This document shows, piece after piece, positions 17,032-25,862 of a DNA stretch of 64,000 bases. This stretch comes from Myxococcota bacterium (GTDB lineage Bacteria; Myxococcota_A; SURF-8). Every line of letters begins with the position of its first letter. Within the stretch, counting starts at the first letter, position 1. The DNA is taken from NCBI GenBank assembly GCA_965140415.1, contig OZ223209.1:4064001-4128000 (forward strand), read 5' to 3'. The position numbers were made by a program, and so were the translations under genes. The notes below the pieces were generated by a model that was given only the letters and a program-made list of their open reading frames with translations, was not told the DNA's origin and did no database searches.

Positions 17032-17481
17032 TCAAAACCTCCCAAACCGGTTTAACTGGTTTTGAAAACCGCCCGGTTTGTCATTCGAACGCAAAATTAG
17101 ATTCGATCGGGAATTTCGGTGTCCACACGCTAGCACGGTTTTGCGCTTTGTCTGCTTGGTTTTGTGCTTGGCTTTTTGTTGCGGTTTCGCCTTGGGTTTG
17201 GCTTTGCCGCCCAACTGCCAATCGCGCTTGGGGTCGAATAGCCGCAGGTGACGGGAGTGGTTGACCGGCTTTCGCTGTGGGTGGGCTTGGGATGTGTTGG
17301 CTTTCGCTTTTCGCTGGTAGCGTCGAATGCGCACCACGGATGCTTGCCCGGCAGGCTGCACCAACTGGCAGTACCCGGCCTGATTGCAAGCTGCAATCAT
17401 CACCGCGTTTGCAAGCTGCCACACGTCCGGGGTAAGCCCGCCCCCACCATTTAACAAAAACAGTAAAAGCCAGAGTTTCAT
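17032..17481 (-). CDS. Possible small exported basic protein
   Basis: Starts 7 nt after the upstream stop; hydrophobic N-terminus MKLWLLLFLL and a K/Q-rich tail; could be spurious. Confidence 0.3.
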   Translation of the reverse strand: MKLWLLLFLLNGGGGLTPDVWQLANAVMIAACNQAGYCQLVQPAGQASVVRIRRYQRKAKANTSQAHPQRKPVNHSRHLRLFDPKRDWQLGGKAKPKAKPQQKAKHKTKQTKRKTVLACGHRNSRSNLILRSNDKPGGFQNQLNRFGRF

Positions 17482-17488
17482 GGTGCGG

Positions 17489-18370
17489 CTATTTCACCGG
17501 CCACTTTTCGCGTTCGCCCTCGGCTACGATATCGACCAACTGTTCGGGGCTTAGCTTGTGCTCGGTGGCCAGCGCTTTGCGATACTTCTTAATTTTTGCC
17601 GCCAACGCCTTTTCGTAGGCAGCCGCTTTGTTGGCGTCCAACAGGTCTTGGCCGAACAGCGCCGTGGATTTGATATGGCCATCGCGTGCATAGCCAAGCT
17701 GCTTAAGTGATTTCAGGCTGTCCACCGCATCCAATGCCGCCTGCACTTGGTAGAAGTTGCCACCGCCAGCGCCCGGCACCTTTTTAACGATCTTCACAAA
17801 TACGCCCGGCTCCAGCGTTGGCCCAATGCTCAGACTGGTAACGGAACCAAGCAGTAGGGGCGTTTTGCGCGTCAGGCGAAACTCAAAGCCCGGTTTCAGG
17901 TCGTTGGGGTCCATAGCAAAGTATTTGAATTTCAATTCCACTAAAGCCCGGTTATCCGCTGCTTTGGCTGCCGCAAATACCTTTTGGCGTTCTGCCTTGG
18001 TAAGCCCATGTTTCTTTTCTTCCGGTGGTGCGGGCTTGGGGACTGGTTTGGCGGCTTGTACCGGTTCTGCCGGTTTGGCAGGCTGTGCAACCGGTGCAGG
18101 CTTAGTCGTTGCGTTTTCGCCCTCTGTCGCCTTTTCCTTGGTCGGAGTGGTAGCTACAGCCACAATCATGCAAACGGCCACGACAACGGCCTTTACAGCC
18201 GGTTTAAGGGGCATCTTCGCCTTGTCCTCCAATAGCTTGCCCACGGGCGGCAACAGTAGCAGGCCCGCCACGGCAACCAACCCCCACGCGCCTTGGGCAA
18301 TGTTCACCAATCCTGCCAGAATCAGAAAGACACCAGCCACCCATGCCAAAATCATCTTCGCCATTTGCAT
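17489..18370 (-). CDS. Membrane-anchored hypothetical protein with Pro/Ala/Lys linker
   Basis: Three N-terminal hydrophobic segments, PAKPAEPVQAAKP linker, soluble C-terminal domain; RBS AGGAGG. Confidence 0.75.
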   Translation of the reverse strand: MQMAKMILAWVAGVFLILAGLVNIAQGAWGLVAVAGLLLLPPVGKLLEDKAKMPLKPAVKAVVVAVCMIVAVATTPTKEKATEGENATTKPAPVAQPAKPAEPVQAAKPVPKPAPPEEKKHGLTKAERQKVFAAAKAADNRALVELKFKYFAMDPNDLKPGFEFRLTRKTPLLLGSVTSLSIGPTLEPGVFVKIVKKVPGAGGGNFYQVQAALDAVDSLKSLKQLGYARDGHIKSTALFGQDLLDANKAAAYEKALAAKIKKYRKALATEHKLSPEQLVDIVAEGEREKWPVK

Positions 18371-18487
18371 ACACTCCCTCCTGTTCTGTTAATGCTTATT
18401 GCGCTGTGCGAACACAGCGGACAAGAAACCACAACAGCCGTTGATGGCAATCAATGCGGCAAATGCACGCGGGGAAAAACAGAGCAA

Positions 18488-20221
18488 TTATTTCGCAATA
18501 CAAGCTCCATCTCTGCACCCGTTTTCGCCACACTCTTCTTTTTTGTCTGATTGTATAGAATTGCAGGTAATCCAGTAGACATCCCTGTCATGGCAAACGG
18601 TGTCATAGTGCTCGATGTTTCTGCATGAATCCACTTCGCATGGACAATGTCCACACGACTCTTTTAGCTGCCCTAATTGGCCGTGGCAGTCATACCAGTA
18701 CACATTCCCATCTTGGCAGGCGTAGGAATCCCGATTGTCGGTGTAACAAACACCCGCTGAGCAATGGCATGTTCCACAGTCTTCTTGTTTTTCTCTTCTA
18801 TTGTCTTTGCAATCGTACCAATAAACATCATTGTTCCAACAGCTCAAATAGTGCTCGGGATCAATATCGCAGGCATCGCCAGTACAGGTGCATGATTTAC
18901 AATCCTCTTTCTTTTGCGCCAAAGCGCCTTGACAATCGTACCAATAAACATCGCCTTCGAAGCAAGCAAAGCTATACTCTTTGTCAATAACACATGCACT
19001 TTGTTCTTCCGAACATTCACACGCACCTCCACAAACAATTCTACTTTCTACCAAGCCGCATCCATCATCCAAACAGCACAGATTGTCCGGTTCGCAGCGC
19101 CGGGCATTGATTTCCTCGTAAATGGCCTGCAAAGCCGTAGCGAAGCTTTCGCCATCCGTTACCAACCGGCTTTGGCCTGTGCCGCCAGCAAATGCGACTT
19201 CGTCCAAAAAGACGCGGTTGGCCGTGGTCGTTACCGCCACCACATGCACGAAAATGCCCTTCATGAAGAGTTCCCGCGCCGCCGCAATTGCGTTGGTGTC
19301 ATCTTCGCAGGTTTCCTCGCCATCGGTTATCAGCACCACCGCTTGCCGGGGGTTGGGATCACCGAAGTTGTCCTCCAAATCTTGCAGGCTGGCTGCAATA
19401 GGGGTGCTGCTGTCTACAGCCGGGTCGGTTATGGCGTTGGCTATGGTTTCGGCGTTGTCCAAGCTCATGGGCAGGGTTTCGCCTGCACCGCAAGCCTCGG
19501 ATGGAAACTGGCGAAAGCCGATGTTATTGACGTGATCGCGCTCATCAATGGCCGCAAGAAAAGTTTCCTTTACCCACTGCCACGTATCGGCGGCAAGCAT
19601 GCTTGAACTGCGGTCGAGTACGAAAAACAACTCAGCAGGCTGGCAGCCCTCTTGGGCGCAAATGCCATCCGTGCAGGCTTGGCTTGGATCGCAGGGCACG
19701 CGCTGCCCCAACTCGCCCAAGCCGTTATCATCATCGCCGCAAGGGTGAAACCCGTATCTGTCTTCGCTGCACACCGTCAGTCCCGCCACACATTCACTTT
19801 GTGGCTCGTCGCCGTCAGTTGGCGATTCTTCATCATCGCCATCAACCTGCGGATCGTCACCGTCTGCGGGCGAATCGCCATCGGGCAACGTGTCGCCGTC
19901 CGGTATTTCGCCATCGCCGTCAACGGGTGGGTTGTTTTCGTTATCGCCATCCGCAGGAGGCGAGTCGTCCGTATCGCCGTCACCGTCATTGCTGCTTGCA
20001 AGGCACAGATTGTCTTGGCAGGCAAGCCCCTCGTTGCAGGTTCCGTTGCCGTAGCACGGGCAATGCAGGGTGCCGGTTGGGCAATCCTCGCCGTCGCCAT
20101 CTATAGCCGGGTTATCGCCGTCCGGGTTGTCGTTGGGATTTGCGGTATCCGTACCGCCGCAGGCCAATAATACAAAACAAAGGGCAAACGCCAACACACT
20201 GCTTTTCAACATACAGGCCAC
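18488..20221 (-). CDS. Lipoprotein with DGD-rich linker, vWA domain and Cys-rich repeats
   Basis: Lipobox LLAC; DGD repeats; MIDAS FVLDRSSSM, STP, LITDG; C-terminal C.dgDVYWYDC repeats (~4). Confidence 0.88.
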   Translation of the reverse strand: MACMLKSSVLAFALCFVLLACGGTDTANPNDNPDGDNPAIDGDGEDCPTGTLHCPCYGNGTCNEGLACQDNLCLASSNDGDGDTDDSPPADGDNENNPPVDGDGEIPDGDTLPDGDSPADGDDPQVDGDDEESPTDGDEPQSECVAGLTVCSEDRYGFHPCGDDDNGLGELGQRVPCDPSQACTDGICAQEGCQPAELFFVLDRSSSMLAADTWQWVKETFLAAIDERDHVNNIGFRQFPSEACGAGETLPMSLDNAETIANAITDPAVDSSTPIAASLQDLEDNFGDPNPRQAVVLITDGEETCEDDTNAIAAARELFMKGIFVHVVAVTTTANRVFLDEVAFAGGTGQSRLVTDGESFATALQAIYEEINARRCEPDNLCCLDDGCGLVESRIVCGGACECSEEQSACVIDKEYSFACFEGDVYWYDCQGALAQKKEDCKSCTCTGDACDIDPEHYLSCWNNDVYWYDCKDNRREKQEDCGTCHCSAGVCYTDNRDSYACQDGNVYWYDCHGQLGQLKESCGHCPCEVDSCRNIEHYDTVCHDRDVYWITCNSIQSDKKEECGENGCRDGACIAK

Positions 20222-20549
20222 CTCACACCGTCTTTCGTCAATAAAGACGCCCCATAAAATAATAACGGGGCAACACGCGGCGTGGCCTGCACCTCCATCG
20301 TGCGCCCCGCCCTAGAGGCACACGTGTGGTTAGCACATGCGCATATGGGTAGCGCTGTGCAGGCCACATTGTCTTGTCTCGCACTTGCGGCAGCTTTCGG
20401 TCACTGGTAACCAGCCAGTCAGCCCTTTTCAGGGCAGAAACCTGCTGCAAGATTGAGCACCTATAGTCTAGCGGAATGAATTCTTTTTGCCAAGGTCATT
20501 CCGCAAAACGCCGGTTTTCGTTGTTATGGCAAATGCAGGTGGTAGTGGG

Positions 20550-21287
20550 TTATTGGCCGTAAGGGTTGGGCTGCTGGCTTTCGCTCAACCATGCAGGCCG
20601 TTGGCCGGTTTCCGCAAAGGTAAGCAATTCGTCGGGCGTCCAGCCTTCAAACTCTGCAACGGTGTCGCGGCTGGGTTGCGACTTCGGGCCGCCGTAAATA
20701 TAGCTTTCAGCCAGCATGATCTTGGAGGCCATTTCAATCACCGCTTTTGGGTTGCGCTTGAGGCTGGCGTACACTTTGGGGTCGTTGACGGCTTCCGAAA
20801 TGGCCTTGCTTATAAACAACCGCAGGGCAGCAAGCGGGGCTTTCCATTTTTCCATAGCATCAGCCCAAGCTTGGCGCTCATCCCCCCACGCACTCTGCAA
20901 AATTCTTTGGCGGCGCATGGCCAGAGCTTCCATGTACCGGTGTGGATCGCCATGCTCAATGTATTTCTTGGCGGTGCGCCGGTTTACCGTGCACGTGTTC
21001 GCCACATATTGCACACTTTGCACTTCCATGTAGGCTTGGAACATTCGGTTGTATTTCTCAATGCTTATACCTTGCGCATTGTGCCTGCCGTCCGATTGGT
21101 GTTGGACGCCCTTTGGAACGGGGTTGACGGTGGTGCCTTTTGGGGTTTTTGGAGGGTGTGGTTGCGTGCGTGTCGGGCCTGCAACTGGGGCACCGCCTTT
21201 GCTGCCCTTTTTGTCAACGGTGAAAGGTGGCAGTGTTACCGCTGCTTGATCTTGCGTGCTGGTTTTCGCCGGTTGCTTTCGTGCCAT
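20550..21287 (-). CDS. HTH protein, possibly terminase small subunit-like
   Basis: Basic disordered N-terminus, HTH-like SVQYVANTCTVNRRTAKKYI, helical middle, C-terminal FEGWTPDELL. Confidence 0.45.
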   Translation of the reverse strand: MARKQPAKTSTQDQAAVTLPPFTVDKKGSKGGAPVAGPTRTQPHPPKTPKGTTVNPVPKGVQHQSDGRHNAQGISIEKYNRMFQAYMEVQSVQYVANTCTVNRRTAKKYIEHGDPHRYMEALAMRRQRILQSAWGDERQAWADAMEKWKAPLAALRLFISKAISEAVNDPKVYASLKRNPKAVIEMASKIMLAESYIYGGPKSQPSRDTVAEFEGWTPDELLTFAETGQRPAWLSESQQPNPYGQ

Positions 21288-21294
21288 TCTGCCG

Positions 21295-21930
21295 TTACCA
21301 GTCCTTGTACGGCACAAACCCTTGGTCGTTGCCAGTGGTTTTCATGTGCAGCCGCAAAGTGCCGTCATGCAGTTCTTTCTCAAGCGTGCTGCTTTTGCCA
21401 TGTTTTTCGTACTTATGCGGCAGGCCAACGAAAAGCCAATTGTCTGCTTCGGGGTTGGGAAACAGCCTGTTGTCTAAGACTTGTGCAAACGCTTTTTCCA
21501 AATCATCGCCATCGTGGCAGCCATACACCATGACTTTGTATTGCGCCTGTACGTCTACCAGTTTGCAGAAGTCGTCCATAACAAGGCGAAAGTTGCGGGA
21601 TGAACTGTAGTAGCTGCCCATTTCCGATTCTGCCGCAACCACAATGCCGAAACGCTTGTTATCGTTAACCCAGCCTTGCACCGCTGGAAAATTGCCAAAT
21701 TCCCCCGGCCACGCGGAGAGGGTAAAGTCCAGCATGTATTCGCCACCGTGGGTTTTGTGCCAAACGTGCAAATGCTTTTGGCTTTCAAATAGCTTTTTGC
21801 AGTTGGTTAACCCCTTCATGATAGCGGTTGTCCACGTTTTTGTGGGGTTGGCTTGCCATACTTCTTTTTTAGGCTCTATGGCTTTGCGAATGTGCCCCCA
21901 AATCCCTTTCAGTTTTTCGCGTTCGTCCAT
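21295..21930 (-). CDS. Hypothetical PD-(D/E)XK-like nuclease
   Basis: EYMLDF...VAAESEMG...DDFCKLVDVQAQYKVMV pattern of REase-fold proteins; RBS GGAGG upstream. Confidence 0.55.
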   Translation of the reverse strand: MDEREKLKGIWGHIRKAIEPKKEVWQANPTKTWTTAIMKGLTNCKKLFESQKHLHVWHKTHGGEYMLDFTLSAWPGEFGNFPAVQGWVNDNKRFGIVVAAESEMGSYYSSSRNFRLVMDDFCKLVDVQAQYKVMVYGCHDGDDLEKAFAQVLDNRLFPNPEADNWLFVGLPHKYEKHGKSSTLEKELHDGTLRLHMKTTGNDQGFVPYKDW

Positions 21931-22089
21931 GTTCAGTTTTTCCCTCCATGCAAAACGGCGGTTTTGCCATTTAGCAGTGTTATGCTGCAATAATACCACA
22001 ATGTGCGTTGCATTTGAAGGGCAATTTTTTGTGGGTGCAATGTTCCGACGGGCGCTTCATAGCAGGCTTTGTCGCTTTGTAACCTGTCG

Positions 22090-23838
22090 TTATGCCATAG
22101 CTTTTACAAACAACGGTGCTTCGATAGCAAGGTAATCTCGCCCCTGTTGTGGCGTCATCAAAAAGGCTGCAAAGGCATTTGTAAACGCGAGCCAATCTTT
22201 ACAGTCCGACGCACCATCGTTAACCAGTGCGTCGGGCTTTTTCGTTTTATGCTCTGATTCCACAGGGTTGGCGTGTTCGTACAAATGGACACGCATTGTG
22301 CCCTTGTTCTTGTCCTTCTTGTCCCAACGCCACTCGATGAACTCGATGTACTGCTGGAGGATGGCCCGGAGGCGCTTCCACTTGCCCTGTTTGACCAGTC
22401 CATCGACGATATCCGGGACGTTTTTGTAGGACTCTGTGATGACTTCCGCTGAGAGAAGTTTCTCCTCTGTGGCCGCTTTCTTCTCCTGCAACTTCTCCAA
22501 ATCAGCCTTTTGCCCTTTTTCATCGTCGGATAATTCGCGAAGACGCTTCCTGAGTGGGCCTACATCAGCGCCATCCTCAATGGCCTGTACGATGGTCGCG
22601 ATCTTGGCTTTCACGTCCTGTAGGGCCTTCTTGGTGCGGCTGATGTCCCTGTCCAGGGTCTTCAGGGTCTTACTGCGAAGCTCGTTTGCCTTCTTGACCA
22701 CACGCTGCATCTCTTCTTCGTCCAGCACCGCCTGCTTCAGGAGATCGATGACGAACTCTTCAGCGGCTATGGCGGGAACATACCGGGCATCGCAGTCGTA
22801 CCCGGCGGAGACGTTCTGTTTGGTGCAGTTGTAGTAATGATGGAGGCCGTTACGACCGGTGCTGGACCGCGGGGTCATCATCGACCCGCATTGTCCGCAA
22901 CGGATCAGCCCCTGCAGAAGATATTCGTGCTTCCGCTCTTCCGGCGCGATGGGCGGTCGTAGACGGTTCTTGCCGAGGATGTCCTGAACCTGGTCGAAAA
23001 GCTCCTGTGGGATGATTGGGTCGTGGACACCGTCGTACGTCTTGCCATGATGGGAAACCTTGCCGACATAGACCGGATTGGTCAGCATGTTGATAACCGC
23101 CGGTTTGCAGTATGGTGTGCCACCGTGGGCTTTTCCCCGCCTGCTGACAGTCTTGGGCGAAACGATCCCTTTCTCCCGTAAATGCTTGTGAACCTTCCCC
23201 GCACTTCCCAGTTCCACGCACTTCTCGTACACGTCATGAAGAAGGAGGTCGGCCTCATCTTCGTTGATGACGAGATGCCCCTTACGATTGGGGTCGACAT
23301 TGTAGCCGAATGGCACATGCCCGCCGTTGAATAGACCCTCACGGGCGCGGTGAGCCATAGTGTCGGCAGTTCTTTCAGCGGTCAGTTCCCTTTCGTACTG
23401 TGCGAAAACCATGTGTACACCCATAAAGGCTCGACCCGATGCACTGCTCGTGTCAAATTGTTCTTTCACGGATATGCAGTCCGTCCCCAATTCGTTAAGA
23501 CGTTCCAGCAGTCGATAGAAGTCAAGAATGCCTGCACGGCTAAGACGATCGAACTTGGCAGCTACAACGGTATTGATCCGACCGGCCTCCACGTCCCTCA
23601 TCATTCGCTGGAATTCAGGTCGATTGAAGTCCTTGCCGGACTTCCCTTCATCCCTGTATCGGTCCACGATGACCCATTCAACATCAGGATTGGCGTCCTG
23701 ATTGAGTTTGATCTGGCGCTCCATCAAGTCGAACTGGGTATCAAGTCCACCATGGTCCACGCGAGCCTGTCTATCTGTACTCACACGTCCGTAAAGCGCG
23801 CAGAGCTTTCGTTTCTTTATCTTTTTCTTCTTGGCCAT
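22090..23838 (-). CDS. Large serine recombinase (integrase)
   Basis: YGRVSTDRQ catalytic motif, DRLSR, PFGY, LTNPVYVG, H.PII, zinc ribbon CGQCG...YYNC...C, coiled coil; RBS AGGAGG. Confidence 0.95.
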   Translation of the reverse strand: MAKKKKIKKRKLCALYGRVSTDRQARVDHGGLDTQFDLMERQIKLNQDANPDVEWVIVDRYRDEGKSGKDFNRPEFQRMMRDVEAGRINTVVAAKFDRLSRAGILDFYRLLERLNELGTDCISVKEQFDTSSASGRAFMGVHMVFAQYERELTAERTADTMAHRAREGLFNGGHVPFGYNVDPNRKGHLVINEDEADLLLHDVYEKCVELGSAGKVHKHLREKGIVSPKTVSRRGKAHGGTPYCKPAVINMLTNPVYVGKVSHHGKTYDGVHDPIIPQELFDQVQDILGKNRLRPPIAPEERKHEYLLQGLIRCGQCGSMMTPRSSTGRNGLHHYYNCTKQNVSAGYDCDARYVPAIAAEEFVIDLLKQAVLDEEEMQRVVKKANELRSKTLKTLDRDISRTKKALQDVKAKIATIVQAIEDGADVGPLRKRLRELSDDEKGQKADLEKLQEKKAATEEKLLSAEVITESYKNVPDIVDGLVKQGKWKRLRAILQQYIEFIEWRWDKKDKNKGTMRVHLYEHANPVESEHKTKKPDALVNDGASDCKDWLAFTNAFAAFLMTPQQGRDYLAIEAPLFVKAMA

Positions 23839-23895
23839 CTTACATCCTCCTACGATGCGTATTGTTAGTATTGGTATCCCATGCTATCCATTGTG

Positions 23896-24081
23896 TCAAT
23901 CCTTTTCCGCCTCTTCGGGTTCCTGTTCCTCAGGATCAACACCAACCAGTTCCGCCAACCCACCGGCCAGCGCGTCAATAAAGTTCTGGCGAAAGTTGTT
24001 CGAGCTTTGCTTTTTCTTTTTGGTCTGGGAGCTTTCAGATTTTACTATCTCACCCTTTATTTTGAGCTTTGATTTGGGCAT
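23896..24081 (-). CDS. Small hypothetical protein upstream of the recombinase
   Basis: 61 aa, RBS GGAGG, co-oriented directly upstream of the integrase. Confidence 0.6.
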   Translation of the reverse strand: MPKSKLKIKGEIVKSESSQTKKKKQSSNNFRQNFIDALAGGLAELVGVDPEEQEPEEAEKD

Positions 24082-24186
24082 GACTGCCTCCTAACCTGTT
24101 GAACACAGGCAGGATTTCAGCAAGGTGGGTGAGAATTGAGAGTCAATCTTCTGGGAAGGAACTGGGAAGGAAGGAATGCTTTAATT

Positions 24187-25725
24187 TCAATATGTTAGGT
24201 AGAATCCCGCATCTATTATCAGACAGTAAGTGGCATCCGAATCCGGGATAAAAGAGACTTCATGATGTCGAGTCACTTCTATGTATGGATTTGCCTTTTT
24301 GAAGAGACGAAAATCGGATGCTGCATCGAGTTTTCTGCGAAGATTAAAGAAGTGCTTTCTTCTGGAGTCTGGCGTTGTTGTATGTCTCAATCCTAAAAGC
24401 CGCGATGGCATAATTGGCGATTCATGTTTAACGAAACGTTGGAGATATGCAATCAGCACTTCTAATTCAGCTGAAGTAATATTTTCCTCGGGTCTTCGGC
24501 GACCGCTCTTTTTACTGATTCGTGAATATTCTTTATAGCATACCAGGAAATGTTCAAACTCCCGTTCCCGCTCGATCATTTCCTGAACTTCATCTTCGGT
24601 CATTAGATAGTGGGGAGAACGGCCCGTTTCATGGGTAAAGCAGACGGCCTTAGGCTCTCCTAAGAGAAATGGAGTCGTCTCTTGAGCGAAGTGATGTTCT
24701 TCGGTGAGATGGCTTTTTGCCTCGTCAACAAACTCCTCTGCAATCTTAAATTGTACAATATCCGAATCTTCAGGACCGAACCGTGCACGAGTAATTTCCG
24801 GCTTAATGATGGTCAACTCAGATGGGTGCCAACCAGTGACGTTGATTCCGTCTAAGCCACAATAGGTAAAAAAGCTTTTCTCAATGGTCAGTTCTTGGAA
24901 ATCGGCTCCGATGAAGTCGCATGATTTGAACCTTGCAAGAGTAATATTGCTCTCGACAAAGCTGCATTCATTGAACATACATTCCTGAACTATGCTTCCT
25001 TGCCATCGGCTGCGCCAGAAACCTATGTTTTCCGCAGCGACCTCGTGGAGTGTGGCGTGCGAGAAATCGGCCTGATCAAGCGTTCCTTCAAAATCCGCAT
25101 CTTGTTCATAGTGGGATATTGAGCCCGCCTTCCAACCGAAAACTCCAATCCGGCATAGATTGCCATGTTGCCATCCGGTCGAATCCAAGGAGCAACTGTC
25201 GAACATGCAGTCTTCCAGATCCGTTCCAGGAAATTTCGCTTGCGATAAATCGGTATTGATGAACTTGCAGTCCCGAAACGTCGATTTCGTGAAATCCGCA
25301 AAAGAAAAGTGAGCAGAAGAAAAGGAACAGTCATAGAAGCTATTTTCTACGGAAAACAGGGTATTGCCTGTGTTTCTGACGGTAACACAATCAAAGTTTA
25401 CTCTCTGCAGAACGGATTCATCTCTAAAACTCACATCATTCAGGTTGGCATCGGTGAAATTTACATCGACCAGACGACAGTTGGAAAAGGTAACCCCGGA
25501 AAGATGCAAGCGGTTCCTTTTCATTGGTTGCTCAGGTTTCGTTTTCGTTTTTCCAGAACTCTCTCGGGTGGGTATTGTAAACAGAGCACCATCAAGTTTG
25601 CATCCCGAGAAATCAACATCAATTATTCGGACTTCGGATTGTTTGTAGATCCACTCGTTCCATTCCTGCACTCGGCCTTCATGGAGTAGATAGACAGGTG
25701 GTTTTTCATTACTTCTTCCCGCCAT
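24187..25725 (-). CDS. Pentapeptide-repeat protein with C-terminal putative DNA-binding domain
   Basis: Long A(D/N)F/L xx-type repeats (ADFTKSTFRDCKFINTDLSQAKF...); EWNEW N-cap; C-terminal ITSAELEVL...FFNLRRKLD resembles a winged-helix output domain. Confidence 0.8.
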   Translation of the reverse strand: MAGRSNEKPPVYLLHEGRVQEWNEWIYKQSEVRIIDVDFSGCKLDGALFTIPTRESSGKTKTKPEQPMKRNRLHLSGVTFSNCRLVDVNFTDANLNDVSFRDESVLQRVNFDCVTVRNTGNTLFSVENSFYDCSFSSAHFSFADFTKSTFRDCKFINTDLSQAKFPGTDLEDCMFDSCSLDSTGWQHGNLCRIGVFGWKAGSISHYEQDADFEGTLDQADFSHATLHEVAAENIGFWRSRWQGSIVQECMFNECSFVESNITLARFKSCDFIGADFQELTIEKSFFTYCGLDGINVTGWHPSELTIIKPEITRARFGPEDSDIVQFKIAEEFVDEAKSHLTEEHHFAQETTPFLLGEPKAVCFTHETGRSPHYLMTEDEVQEMIEREREFEHFLVCYKEYSRISKKSGRRRPEENITSAELEVLIAYLQRFVKHESPIMPSRLLGLRHTTTPDSRRKHFFNLRRKLDAASDFRLFKKANPYIEVTRHHEVSFIPDSDATYCLIIDAGFYLTY

Positions 25726-25862
25726 GTAATTTTCCCGGGTCAGCAATCCATTTCAAAATTGGTTAATAATCCCTGAGGGAACGAGTCATTACTTATAGCA
25801 TTAATGCTGAATCAGCTCAAAATTCCAGGCCCAATCGCTAGCGTCTTCCATTGATCCACCCC

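Larger units (their letters stand above)
1..22194. mobile_element. Putative integrative element A (left end outside the window)
   Basis: Serine recombinase at the left end, HTH proteins, defence cargo, a recurring AAAAC-N4-GTTTT motif, and a visible change in sequence style at ~22190 inside the 3' end of the second recombinase. Confidence 0.6.
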
